Below, one piece after another: positions 28,789 to 38,448 of a DNA stretch of 64,000 nucleotides. Numbering within the stretch: the first letter of the stretch is position 1; the number at the start of each line of letters is the position of its first letter. The notes under the pieces were generated by a model. It had not been told where the DNA came from. It saw only the letters and a list, made by a program, of their open reading frames with translations, and did not search any database. Origin of the DNA: an uncultured Enterobacteriaceae bacterium (GTDB lineage: Bacteria; Desulfobacterota; Binatia; Bin18); contig CAZBUD010000016.1 of the NCBI GenBank assembly GCA_964495015.1, positions 3,491 through 67,490 of the forward strand. Reading direction: 5' to 3'. Made by a program: the position numbers and the translations under genes.

Positions 28789-29823
28789 ATGAAACTTGCA
28801 ATCGGTGTTGGCTATTCCGGCGGGCGGGTTGAACTGCCCATGGATATGATCCTTGAGGCGGAAAAGCTAGGTTATGACTCGGTCTGGAGCGCGGAGGCGT
28901 ATGGCTCGGATGCTGTGACGCCGTTGGCCTACTTAGCCGCGAAAACCTCACGGATCAAACTTGGCACCGGCATTATGCAAATCCCGGCTCGTACGCCGGC
29001 CATGTGTGCTATGACCATGTCGACTCTGGATGCGCTCTCGAATGGCCGCGTGCTGGTAGGTCTTGGTATGTCCGGTCCGCAGGTGATCGAGGGCTGGCAC
29101 GGCATGTCGTACAGCAAAGCCGCCGCGCGTATTCGTGAATATGTGGAGATCATGCACAAGATTTGGGACCGTCAAGAGCCAGTTGCGTTTGATGGCAAGG
29201 TGTATCAACTGCCCTACCAAGGCGAAGATGCGAGTGGACTCGGTAAACCGCTCAAGTCGATCCTGCACTCACGGCGTCTACCGGTCTATCTGGCGACCAT
29301 GAAGCCGCTCAGTATCCGTATTACGGCCGAACTCGCCGACGGCTGGTTGCCGATTTGGTTTTCACCCTACCGTATGAGTATGTTTGCCCATGATTTGGAA
29401 AAGGGCTTTCAGCGTGCAGCAAATGGTAAGTCTTTGGACAATTTCGACGTGGTAGCTGGATGTACGGTTGTCATCGGAGACGATGTGAGGTTCTGCCTCG
29501 CCCAACTCAAGCCGACCTTGGCTCTCTACGTCGGCGGCATGGGTGCCAGAGGCAAGAATTTCCACAATGAAATGGTCTCGAAGTACGGCTACGCTGATGT
29601 GGCGGCTGAGATACAGGATCTCTATCTGTCGGGCCGTAAGAAAGAGGCCACTGCGCTGGTCCCGGATGAGCTGTGTGACGAAATCTCCTTGTGTGGCCCA
29701 CCAGCTCGGATTCGCGAACGCTTCAAAGCTTGGGAATACGCCGGCGTTTCAACCATGATGGTCCAGTCGAGGCAGCCTGAGGCGCTGGCCTTAATGGCGG
29801 ATGTAGCGGGAACGAATCAGTAG
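28789..29823 (+). CDS. LLM-class F420/flavin-dependent oxidoreductase
   Basis: 344 aa. RBS GGAAGGAG upstream. DSVWSAEAYGSD, RVLVGLGMSGPQ, and a C-terminal ALVPDELCDEISLCGPPARIRERF. Confidence 0.8.
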   Translation: MKLAIGVGYSGGRVELPMDMILEAEKLGYDSVWSAEAYGSDAVTPLAYLAAKTSRIKLGTGIMQIPARTPAMCAMTMSTLDALSNGRVLVGLGMSGPQVIEGWHGMSYSKAAARIREYVEIMHKIWDRQEPVAFDGKVYQLPYQGEDASGLGKPLKSILHSRRLPVYLATMKPLSIRITAELADGWLPIWFSPYRMSMFAHDLEKGFQRAANGKSLDNFDVVAGCTVVIGDDVRFCLAQLKPTLALYVGGMGARGKNFHNEMVSKYGYADVAAEIQDLYLSGRKKEATALVPDELCDEISLCGPPARIRERFKAWEYAGVSTMMVQSRQPEALALMADVAGTNQ

Positions 29824-29854
29824 GCCAAGGAAGAGGGGATTTTTAGGAGAGAAA

Positions 29855-30742
29855 ATGAGTGAATCCATTTCAGCTAATGATCCGTATAAACGTAAACGTG
29901 TGTCCGTACTCGATAGTGAGATGGCCTATGTTGATACCGGCAGTGGAGACCCGGTGGTGTTTTTGCATGGGAATCCTACTTCCTCATATCTATGGCGCAA
30001 TATCATTGCCGAAGTTGAAGGCAGTACGCGTTGCCTGGCACCTGACCTAATCGGGATGGGTGATTCGGGCCAAAATCCGGCTGGGTCCTATAGCTTTGTT
30101 GACCACGCCCGATATTTGGATACCTGGTTTGACGCTGTCGGGCTTGATCGGAAAACGAAAAATGTCACTTTGGTTGTTCATGATTGGGGCTCGGCCTTGG
30201 GCTTCCACTGGGCGCACCGTCACCCTGACCGCATCAAAGCTTTTATCTATATGGAGGCAATTGTGTGCCCCCTAACCTGGGAAACCTTTCCTGAGGCAGC
30301 ACGCGAAGTCTTTCAAGGCTTTCGCTCTCCTGCTGGAGAAGAGATGGTGCTGCAAAATAATATCTTTGTAGAGCGCGTTTTGCCTGGGAGTGTGGTGCGG
30401 AAGATGACGGAAGAAGAAATGGCCGTTTACCGTAAGCCTTACACAGAGCCAGGCGAGTCACGCCGCCCCACGCTGACTTGGCCTCGTCAGATTCCAATAG
30501 ATGGCGAGCCAGCTGATGTGGTGGAGATCGTCGAACAATATGGGAAGTGGTTGGCCGGCAGCGATATTCCAAAACTCTTTGTGAACGCTGACCCTGGTGC
30601 GATCCTGGCTGGTCCGCAGCGTGAGTATTGTCGTACCTGGCCGAACCAGAAAGAAATCACCGTTAAAGGGTCCCATTTTATCCAGGAAGATGCACCGCAG
30701 GAGATCGGGCAGGCAATCGCCAGTTTCCTGCAATCCATCTAA
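29855..30742 (+). CDS. dhaA: Haloalkane dehalogenase (DhaA/Rluc-type alpha/beta hydrolase)
   Basis: Very close motif-level match to DhaA: FLHGNPTSSYLWRNII, APDLIGMGDS, nucleophile HDWGSALGFHWA, E in YMEAI, His in GSHFIQEDAP. Confidence 0.85.
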   Translation: MSESISANDPYKRKRVSVLDSEMAYVDTGSGDPVVFLHGNPTSSYLWRNIIAEVEGSTRCLAPDLIGMGDSGQNPAGSYSFVDHARYLDTWFDAVGLDRKTKNVTLVVHDWGSALGFHWAHRHPDRIKAFIYMEAIVCPLTWETFPEAAREVFQGFRSPAGEEMVLQNNIFVERVLPGSVVRKMTEEEMAVYRKPYTEPGESRRPTLTWPRQIPIDGEPADVVEIVEQYGKWLAGSDIPKLFVNADPGAILAGPQREYCRTWPNQKEITVKGSHFIQEDAPQEIGQAIASFLQSI

Positions 30743-30779
30743 TCCGTTTAACCCATCTAGGTGCAATACGGAGGAATCC

Positions 30780-31568
30780 ATGTCCTATACGGCCATCCTG
30801 TTTGAAAAGAAGGACAATATCGCAAAGATCACGATCAACCGTCCGGAGGCGGCCAATGCGCTCAACTTCGACCTTGCATATGATCTCATGCATGCATCGC
30901 TCGAATGTGATGAGGACCCCGAAATCCGGGCGGTTGTGATGACAGGAAGCGGGCGGATGTTTTGTGCTGGAGGCGACCTGAAGAGTTTTTCTGCACAAGG
31001 GGAGAAACTGCCAGCCCACATGAAAGAAGTGACCACGTATCTGCATGGCGCTATCTCGCGTTTCGCGCGTATGGACCCGCCGCTGATCGGAGCGGTGAAT
31101 GGAACAGCTGCGGGCGCAGGCCTGAGTATTGCCTGTTCGTGTGATATTGTCTTGGCTGCCGAATCGGCTAAATTCACTATGGCCTACACCCGCATTGGAC
31201 TTACCCCGGATGGCTCGTCGACCTATTTTCTGCCGCGCATTGTGGGTATGAAACGGGCGTTAGAGTTGACCATTACCAATCGGGTCCTTTCAGCCCAGGA
31301 AGCTGCAGAGTGGGGCCTCGTTAATCGGGTCGTACCGGATGCGGGCCTACTCGCTGAAGCCGAGAAGCTTGCTGGTGAGCTGGCGCCTGGGCCGACTGGT
31401 GCGTTTGGTGGAGCCAAGCGGCTGCTGCATAGTGGCTGGACGGAAACGCTTGAAACCCAGATGGAAAACGAAACCCAGTCGATTGCCGCACGGTCCAAGA
31501 CCGAGGACGGGAGAGAAGGCATTACTGCCTTCTTAGAGAAACGCGCCGCCAAATTTAATGGGAAATAG
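30780..31568 (+). CDS. Enoyl-CoA hydratase/isomerase (crotonase family)
   Basis: Internal ATG preceded by GGAGGA. ITINRPEAANAL, MTGSGRMFCAGGDLK and GAVNGTAAGAGLSIACSCDI. The longer upstream ORF overlaps dhaA. Confidence 0.85.
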   Translation: MSYTAILFEKKDNIAKITINRPEAANALNFDLAYDLMHASLECDEDPEIRAVVMTGSGRMFCAGGDLKSFSAQGEKLPAHMKEVTTYLHGAISRFARMDPPLIGAVNGTAAGAGLSIACSCDIVLAAESAKFTMAYTRIGLTPDGSSTYFLPRIVGMKRALELTITNRVLSAQEAAEWGLVNRVVPDAGLLAEAEKLAGELAPGPTGAFGGAKRLLHSGWTETLETQMENETQSIAARSKTEDGREGITAFLEKRAAKFNGK

Positions 31569-31654
31569 ATTGTAAGGGCGAATCATTCACCTCCGTCGGG
31601 AGGAAAGAGCGTTCGACGCAAAGACCAGAATGCCTCGCCCCTGGAGATCACGCT

Positions 31655-32644
31655 ATGGTTCAACCATATCGCCTCTTTGGTGTGGAATTGTCGCCCTACT
31701 CACTAAAGGTTCGGGCGTATTTTCGGTATAAGGACATCCCGCACGAATGGATTGCACGCGATTCGACCAATCAGGCAGAGTTCGAGCTCTGGGCCAAACT
31801 GCCTCTTGTACCGCTTGTAGTGACGCCAGATGGGGTGGGGATGCAAGACTCCACGCCCATCATGGATTATTTTGAAAAGCTCCAACCGGAACCGTCCATA
31901 CATCCTAGCGACCCGGCCCTGGCGTTCCTCTCTGCGCTCATCGAAGAGTATGGTGATGAGTGGGGCAACAAGCAGATGTTCCACTACCGTTGGAGGTACG
32001 AGCCGGACCAAAAGTCGACCGCCGAGCGTATTGTGCGTCTGACGAGACCGGGACTCAGCGAAGAAGAATATCAAAAGGCAGCCAAGCAGATCCGGGAGCG
32101 TATGGTGCTCCGGCTGTCGTTTGTGGGTTCGTCAGAACATACGCGGGAACATATAGAGTCCTCGTTGGATCGTCTTTTGTCGATTCTCGAACAACACCTT
32201 AGGCAACGCATGTATCTGTTTGGGGGCAAGCCAATGTTTGGTGATTTCGGCCTGGCCGCTCAGCTCCATCAGTGTTCGACCGACCCCTCAGCTGGAACGA
32301 TGATACGGGCAGTTGCGCCAAATGTGTTGTCCTGGACACAGCAGATGTTGGACCCCAAAGATGAGGGCGAGCTGGAGACGTGGGATGATCTTGCTCCAAC
32401 CTTGATGCCGCTACTGAAAGAAATCGGTCAAACTTTTTTGCCGTGGTCAGTGATCAACGCCAAAGCCTTGGCCGCTGGTGAGAAAAAATGTTCTGTTATG
32501 CTGCGTGGCAAGGAATATGCCCAAGGCACGCAGAAATACCATGCCCGGTCTCTTGGCGTGCTGCGTGAACGATACAAAGTTGCGGAGAAAGCGGCCTTAG
32601 ACCCGATTTTGGAAGGTGCTGGCTGCCTGCAGTGGTTGCCGTAA
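31655..32644 (+). CDS. Glutathione S-transferase-family protein (long form)
   Basis: N-terminal thioredoxin-like LFGVELSPYSLKVRAYF ... LPLVPLVVTPDG ... DSTPIMDYF, plus an alpha-helical C-terminal domain. 329 aa. Confidence 0.65.
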   Translation: MVQPYRLFGVELSPYSLKVRAYFRYKDIPHEWIARDSTNQAEFELWAKLPLVPLVVTPDGVGMQDSTPIMDYFEKLQPEPSIHPSDPALAFLSALIEEYGDEWGNKQMFHYRWRYEPDQKSTAERIVRLTRPGLSEEEYQKAAKQIRERMVLRLSFVGSSEHTREHIESSLDRLLSILEQHLRQRMYLFGGKPMFGDFGLAAQLHQCSTDPSAGTMIRAVAPNVLSWTQQMLDPKDEGELETWDDLAPTLMPLLKEIGQTFLPWSVINAKALAAGEKKCSVMLRGKEYAQGTQKYHARSLGVLRERYKVAEKAALDPILEGAGCLQWLP

Positions 32645-32696
32645 TCATATCGTCGGGTAAGAGAAAAATCTGGAAAAATCTGAAGGAGAAGCAGGC

Positions 32697-33842
32697 ATGT
32701 ATGGCTTTGAATTGACCCCGGAGCAAAAACAACTAAAAGAAACCGTTCATAAGTTTGCGATTGAGGAAATTATTCCCGTTGCAGCCCAGTACGACAAAGA
32801 AGAACAATTTCCTGATGAAATCTGTCGCAAAGCTTGGGAGCTGGGCATCCTGAATCCGCTTATTCCTACAGCCCAAGGCGGCCTTGGACTTGAGGTGTTT
32901 GATACCTGCCTTGTTGACGAAGAGCTCGTGTACGGTTGTGCTGGTGTTGCGCTCAATATGGTGGCCAATAATCTGGCTACGACTCCGCTCCTCGTTGCTG
33001 CGGACGACGAACAGAAAAAGGAGTATTTAGGGCAGCTGGTTTCCGAGCCGGTGTATGCCGCCTTTGCATTGACTGAGCCGGGCGCAGGCTCTGATGCTGC
33101 TGCCATTTCCACGACCTATAGAAAAGTTGGAGACGATTTCGTCCTGAATGGCACTAAGCACTTTATTACAAATGGATCAGTCGCCCAGTGGTATGTGACG
33201 TTTGCGACTGAAGATAAGACTCAGCGGCATGGCGCTGTATCGTGTTTTGTACTGCCTGCCGCCACGCCGGGCATTACCGCCAACCGGATGCATAACAAAA
33301 TGGGTCAGCGTGCGTCGGATACGGCGGAGATCGTCTTTGAAGATGTCGTGGTACCGCGCAGGGGGCTTGTTGGTGCCGAGGGCGAGGGCTTTAAGATCGC
33401 CATGCGCACTTTTGACCGTAGCCGTCCTGAGGTTGGTGCGTTTGCCATTGGGATTTCGCAGCGGGCGCTCGATGAATCCGTCAAATATGCACAACAACGT
33501 GAAGCGTTCGGCCAGGCTATCGCGAATTTTCAGGCTATACAGTTCATGCTGGCTGATATGGCAATTGAGCTGGAGGCTATGCGGCTGCTGACCTATAAAG
33601 CTGCTTGGTTGCTGGACCACGGCGCATCGTCTTCTATTGTATCGAGTTACGCCAAAGCGTTCGGCGCAGATCGGACCATGCAGATCACGACCAACGCCGT
33701 CCAAATTTTTGGCGGGTATGGCTATTTTAGCGAGTATCCGGTCGAGAAGCTCATGCGCGATGCGAAACTGCTCCAGATTTATGAAGGCACGTCGCAGATC
33801 CAGCGGGTTGTCATTGCCAAACATTTATTAAAAGGGGCATAA
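32697..33842 (+). CDS. Acyl-CoA dehydrogenase
   Basis: 381 aa. AFALTEPGAGSDAAAI, NGTKHFITNG, and a C-terminal YEGTSQIQRVVIAKHLL. Confidence 0.85.
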   Translation: MYGFELTPEQKQLKETVHKFAIEEIIPVAAQYDKEEQFPDEICRKAWELGILNPLIPTAQGGLGLEVFDTCLVDEELVYGCAGVALNMVANNLATTPLLVAADDEQKKEYLGQLVSEPVYAAFALTEPGAGSDAAAISTTYRKVGDDFVLNGTKHFITNGSVAQWYVTFATEDKTQRHGAVSCFVLPAATPGITANRMHNKMGQRASDTAEIVFEDVVVPRRGLVGAEGEGFKIAMRTFDRSRPEVGAFAIGISQRALDESVKYAQQREAFGQAIANFQAIQFMLADMAIELEAMRLLTYKAAWLLDHGASSSIVSSYAKAFGADRTMQITTNAVQIFGGYGYFSEYPVEKLMRDAKLLQIYEGTSQIQRVVIAKHLLKGA

Positions 33843-33878
33843 GGGAATTCTCTATACAAACTGAAAAGGAGCAAGGAC

Positions 33879-34535
33879 ATGGCAGAAGAACTCGGTGTAT
33901 TTGAAACGATGCACTCTATGCGGGCTATGCGACGGCTCAAGTCCGATCCGGTGCCGATTGAGATGATCCGTAAGATTATTGATGCGGGAATACGTGCGCC
34001 CAGCGGGCAGAATCTCCAGGCTTGGGCTTTTGTCGTTCTCCAGGAGGCGGACAACAAGAAGTTTTTCCAAGAACGCTACCATAAAGCTATGGTTGATCGC
34101 TTTGGTGATCGGCTCAAACCAACGGAGGATGACAAATCATCCTTTGCCAAGACCGCTCGGGCTGCGATACATCTGGCCGAACACATGCATGAAGCTCCGG
34201 TCTTACTTCTCATCTGCGGGAAACGGGATTGGCCGTTTGCTATACCTCCGGAAAAACGCGAAGGAAAAGCTCCGCCCTCATATGGTTCGCTTTATCCCTG
34301 CGTACAAAATATTCTGCTCTCCTGTCGGGCGCTCGGTCTTGGTGCCAGCCTGACGACCATGCACCAGATGTTTGAGGATGAGCTCCAAGAACGTCTGGGT
34401 ATTCCGCTCGAATATGGTGTAGTTGCGACCATCCCAATCGGCCACCCTACGGGAAAGTTTGGGCCGGTCAAACGCCATCCCGCTCCTGAGGTGACGCATT
34501 TTGATAGATGGGGACAGCACGAACCGAAAGCGTAG
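33879..34535 (+). CDS. Nitroreductase-family protein
   Basis: MRRLKSDPVPIEMIRKIIDAGIRAPSGQNLQAWAFVV and the later LLSCRALGLGASLTTMH are nitroreductase-fold motifs. Confidence 0.75.
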   Translation: MAEELGVFETMHSMRAMRRLKSDPVPIEMIRKIIDAGIRAPSGQNLQAWAFVVLQEADNKKFFQERYHKAMVDRFGDRLKPTEDDKSSFAKTARAAIHLAEHMHEAPVLLLICGKRDWPFAIPPEKREGKAPPSYGSLYPCVQNILLSCRALGLGASLTTMHQMFEDELQERLGIPLEYGVVATIPIGHPTGKFGPVKRHPAPEVTHFDRWGQHEPKA

Positions 34536-34653
34536 CGACCACTAGTAGTAACAGCCTCTTCGTAAGGGGACGGTCTGCCGTGCCCTTACCTTTTTGTGGA
34601 AGGAATCCCGCTAGGAAACATGTCATGTTTCTCGCCGCCCGTCCGCACGATGA

Positions 34654-35250
34654 AATGGTCGCATGGGAAAAAAGTACGGATCCGCAGGTTTTGAATCGTT
34701 GTGGTAAGCGGAGATGACCATCTCGGCGCGCATGCAGCTGGCTGCGATTGTTCCCAGAGTCGGTACTATCCAGATCGGTCCATACGCCGCCCTGACGGGT
34801 GAGCTCGGGAACGGCCTGATTGGTAACCCTATTTTCTCTCCCCAGCATGTGCGGGACCATATCTTATCTGCGCTGAAAATAGGACTCGACAAACGTGGGC
34901 GCAGTCGATCTGATCCTGAAGTCTTGGGCCAGCGTTTTGCTATCATTGATGACGATCTGACAGCTGCCTACCGTATTGGCGCAGACGCCATGATGTTTAG
35001 CATCTGGGCGCGCATTTATTATGATGATATCTTTGCCGCCGATGGATTTTCATAGACAGTTGAACAGGTCCGCTCCATGTAGCGCATTCCAGACACAGAC
35101 AAGGCCGTTGAGCTGATTTCCTATGAGATGGTTGATGCCTTTTGTGCAGTCGGGCGGATTGATCGGGTCCGGGCCAAAATCAATGAACGCGAAGGACTGC
35201 TTGATACCAGCATTCTCGCTGTCCCGAATACAGGCACGACGCAAGAGTAG
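34654..35250 (+). pseudogene. Decayed LLM-family oxidoreductase gene (C-terminal two-thirds only, with in-frame TGA, TAA and two TAG codons)
   Basis: A single + frame reads NGRMGKKYGSAGFESLW*AEMTISARMQLAAIVPRVGTIQIGPYAALTGELGNGLIGNPIFSPQHVRDHILSALKIGLDKRGRSRSDPEV ... AADGFS*TVEQVRSM*RIPDTDKAVELISYEMVDAFCAVGRIDRVRAKINEREGLLDTSILAVP. This is colinear with the intact LLM at 27403 (LPIYLAAIGEKGLRLAGAIADGILLNAYVPPSYVKYAVEEIRSAAQEAGRNPQS ... GLITDEMVESFYLVGSAEKCKEGIAEYRQAGVDLPLLLP). No N-terminal half is present. Confidence 0.45.
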
Positions 35251-35411
35251 CGCGATTATTGTCGGGATAAAACTTTGGATGCGTTTACGGACTAGAAAAG
35301 GCTGCACCCGTTCTGAATTCCCCTCTTGGCCGGGGAGCCGCCTTGTGTCAGTGACACGTAGCGCCAGGGTGGGTCCTATCTCTAGATTCACAAGGCAAGG
35401 AGCGCCGACAC

Positions 35412-36167
35412 ATGAGTAGGAATGAGAAGGTCGCTATCGTAACAGGCGCAGGCACTGGAATTGGTAAATGCAGTGCGCTCGCCCTCTTGCAAGAGGGCTA
35501 TGCCGTGGCTTTAGCTGGCCGCCGTGTAGCGCTATTAGAAGCAACGGCGAAAGCGGCTGGGACAGATGCAAAGACTCTTGTCGTCCCGACTGATGTAAGC
35601 GATCCTGACTCTATTCGTGCCTTGTTTGCCAAAACGAAAGAGACCTTTGGCCGACTCGACGTATTGTTCAACAATGCCGGCATTGGCGCACCGCCTGTGC
35701 CTCTGGAAGATCTATTATATGATCAATGGAAAGCCGTTGTGGACATCAACCTGACCGGTGCTTTTGTGTGTACGCAAGAAGCATTCAAGATCATGAAAAA
35801 CCAAGATCCACGTGGCGGTCGTATCATCAACAACGGTTCCATCTCGGCCCACGTCCCGCGTCCCAACTCCGCGCCGTATACGGCAACGAAGCACGCCATG
35901 ACTGGCCTGACCAAGTCGACGTCACTTGATGGGCGTCAATACGATATTGCCTGTGGCCAAATTGACATCGGAAACGCCGGGACAGAAATGACAGCAGTCA
36001 TGAAAAAAGGTGTCCCTCAGCCTCATGGGTCCGTTGAGGTAGAGCCGACATTTGACGTGAATCATGTAGCGCAAGCCGTTGTGTATATGGCAAACTTGCC
36101 GCTTGATGCGAATGTACAATTCATAACGATCATGGCGACCAAGATGCCGTTTATTGGGCGAGGGTAA
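35412..36167 (+). CDS. SDR-family short-chain dehydrogenase/reductase
   Basis: TGAGTGIG cofactor motif, NNAG, and the catalytic YTATKHA (YxxxK). Confidence 0.85.
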   Translation: MSRNEKVAIVTGAGTGIGKCSALALLQEGYAVALAGRRVALLEATAKAAGTDAKTLVVPTDVSDPDSIRALFAKTKETFGRLDVLFNNAGIGAPPVPLEDLLYDQWKAVVDINLTGAFVCTQEAFKIMKNQDPRGGRIINNGSISAHVPRPNSAPYTATKHAMTGLTKSTSLDGRQYDIACGQIDIGNAGTEMTAVMKKGVPQPHGSVEVEPTFDVNHVAQAVVYMANLPLDANVQFITIMATKMPFIGRG

Positions 36168-36172
36168 CAAAG

Positions 36173-36361
36173 ATGAATCCAGAACCGCTTGGCATCGGTA
36201 CTTCAACGGTCGAGGTTGCTAATATATCTAGGTATGGGATATGGATCATCGTCGGTGACCGAGAACTGTCTATGCCGTACGAGAATTTTCCATGGTTCAG
36301 AGATGCGGCCATTAGCAAGATGGTTAATACAGAAGAGCCAACACCAGCGCGCGTCTACTGA
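36173..36361 (+). CDS. Small DUF2442-like protein
   Basis: 62 aa. EVANISRYGIWIIVGDRELSMPYENFPWFRDAAISKMVN resembles the DUF2442 pattern. Lies 5 nt after the SDR stop. Confidence 0.35.
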   Translation: MNPEPLGIGTSTVEVANISRYGIWIIVGDRELSMPYENFPWFRDAAISKMVNTEEPTPARVY

Positions 36362-36415
36362 CCTCCCGCAAGTACTTGACTCTACTCCTGGATTTGGGCA
36401 TCACAAAACAATCAC

Positions 36416-37735
36416 GTGGTATCCCGTTGGCGTCGGACGCTTAGTCTTGCCCTGCCTGTCATGGGCGGGATGATTTCCCAAAACATTATGAATCTAGTGG
36501 ACACGGCTATGCTGGGTTCGCTAGGGGATGGTGCCTTGGCAGCGGCGGGCCTCGCTCAGTTTACCACCTTCACTAGCGCGGCATTTATTATCGGTCTTGC
36601 AACCGGGGTGCAGGCAACGTCTGCGCGTTGGCTCGGAGCCGGGCGAACGAGTGAAATTGCCGTGCCCCTGAACGGCGGACTCCTGCTTGTTTTGCTGCTC
36701 GGGCTGCCCCTTTCCGTGACGTTGATTGTGTTCGCTCCAGATTTCTTCCCTCTCCTTACTCACGATGCAGATGTGGCCTCTCAGGGAACCGTCTACCTCC
36801 AGGCTCGACTTGTTGGTTTGATTGCCATGGGTACGAACTTTGTCTTTCGTGGGTACTGGAACGCCGTTAATTTGTCCAAGATCTATATGCGTACGATCAT
36901 TGTGATGAATGTGACGAACATCTTCCTCAACTGGGTGCTGATCTTCGGCAATCTGGGTTCACCACGCCTTGGGGTGGTAGGTGCAGGGATAGGAACAACA
37001 GCGGCCCTCTATATTGGATCAATCGCGTATCTGATGAGCGCTTTTCACTGTGCTCGGGAGGGTGGTTTTCTGGCGTGTTGGCCAGACTGGGCGACGCTCG
37101 TCGCCTTGCTGCGTCTGTCTATTCCGGCAGGTGTTCAGCACGTATTCTTTGCCGCTGGTATGACCGCGTTCTTTTGGATTCTTGGCAATATAGGGACAGC
37201 GGAACTCGCCGCCGGGCATGTGTTATCCAATCTCCTCCTGCTCTGGCTGTTGCTATCGAATGCGTTCGGACTGACTGCTGCATCATTTGTCGGACAGGCG
37301 CTCGGAGCGGGAGATGCGGAAGCTGCTCGTTCGTGGGCATGGTATGTGGCGCGCGTGGCAGTCCTGGTCGTTGGCGCGCTTGCGCTGCCGGCACTCCTCA
37401 TACCCGACTTTTTCCTCATGCTTTTCTTGCATGACCCTGCAACGCTTGCGCTCGCCCGGATACCACTGCAAATCACTGCAGCAACGATGGCGTTTGAGGC
37501 CCTTGGCGTTGTACTGCTGAACGCCCACTACGGGGCAGGACACAGTCGGCGTGTGATGGTGATCTCTCTCTGCATGCAGTGGTGTTTCTTCTTGCCCATC
37601 GCCTTTGGCATGCAATCACTATGGAGCTTTGGTTTGCTCTCCATTTGGATAGCTAATGTGACCTACCGTATCCTCCAATCGGCCACATTCGTTTGGAGTT
37701 GGCAGACTGGAAGCTGGGCTCGAGTAAAGGTCTGA
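36416..37735 (+). CDS. MATE-family multidrug/toxin efflux transporter
   Basis: 439 aa, 12 TM segments with the two-repeat MATE architecture. N-terminal LALPVMGGMISQNIMNLVDTAMLG. Confidence 0.8.
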   Translation: MVSRWRRTLSLALPVMGGMISQNIMNLVDTAMLGSLGDGALAAAGLAQFTTFTSAAFIIGLATGVQATSARWLGAGRTSEIAVPLNGGLLLVLLLGLPLSVTLIVFAPDFFPLLTHDADVASQGTVYLQARLVGLIAMGTNFVFRGYWNAVNLSKIYMRTIIVMNVTNIFLNWVLIFGNLGSPRLGVVGAGIGTTAALYIGSIAYLMSAFHCAREGGFLACWPDWATLVALLRLSIPAGVQHVFFAAGMTAFFWILGNIGTAELAAGHVLSNLLLLWLLLSNAFGLTAASFVGQALGAGDAEAARSWAWYVARVAVLVVGALALPALLIPDFFLMLFLHDPATLALARIPLQITAATMAFEALGVVLLNAHYGAGHSRRVMVISLCMQWCFFLPIAFGMQSLWSFGLLSIWIANVTYRILQSATFVWSWQTGSWARVKV

Positions 37736-38448
37736 TGGCTGTAGCAGAAGAATTTTCTTTCTAGCCTTGTTTTGCGACTCTTTTCCTTCGTAAAATGGTT
37801 AATTTATAACAGCCTCGCGGCCGAAGCGGGGCAAACGGTTTCCGACCTCGTTGCAACGGCCGCATCCGGTTTCTCCCCCCACCCTCCAACAACGCTATGT
37901 TGATCCGATACGGCCACTGAGCGTACACTTTGTACCAATCGATGCCTGGCTTGCTGAACACAAACCGGATGTGTGGCAACACCTTCACTAATCGGACGAT
38001 GAACTCCTACATTTGTGTCAAATTGGAGTTGTAGAAAGCCGCTATCGAGCTGAGCTTGGGCATTCGTTGTCGTATGTGAAGAAGTCGAGTGACTCTATTA
38101 CGAGGCGCATCCGTCTGAGTTGATCCTCTTCCCTTTGGCACCGGATGAACGCGTTGCCGTCTATTACGAGCTGAGTGACGGTTCTATGCACAAGGTCAGT
38201 GGCGACGACGAGTAGGAGTTCTCAGTCGTATCGCGACTGGCGGGACTGTATCGAAAAAAAGAAAATCTTCCCATCCCTTAGTTTCAAGGAAGCGATGCCT
38301 TGTCCCTGGGCATTGCTTCCGTCTTCCTGCAGGTCAGATTCACTAGATTCGCAAGAGTAAAAGAATACGTTACAGTAGCGCGACCCTTTTGTGGCGAGAC
38401 AGCGTGGTCTACGCAATGCCCGTCTCCCAGAAAGGGGAAGGGGGGATA

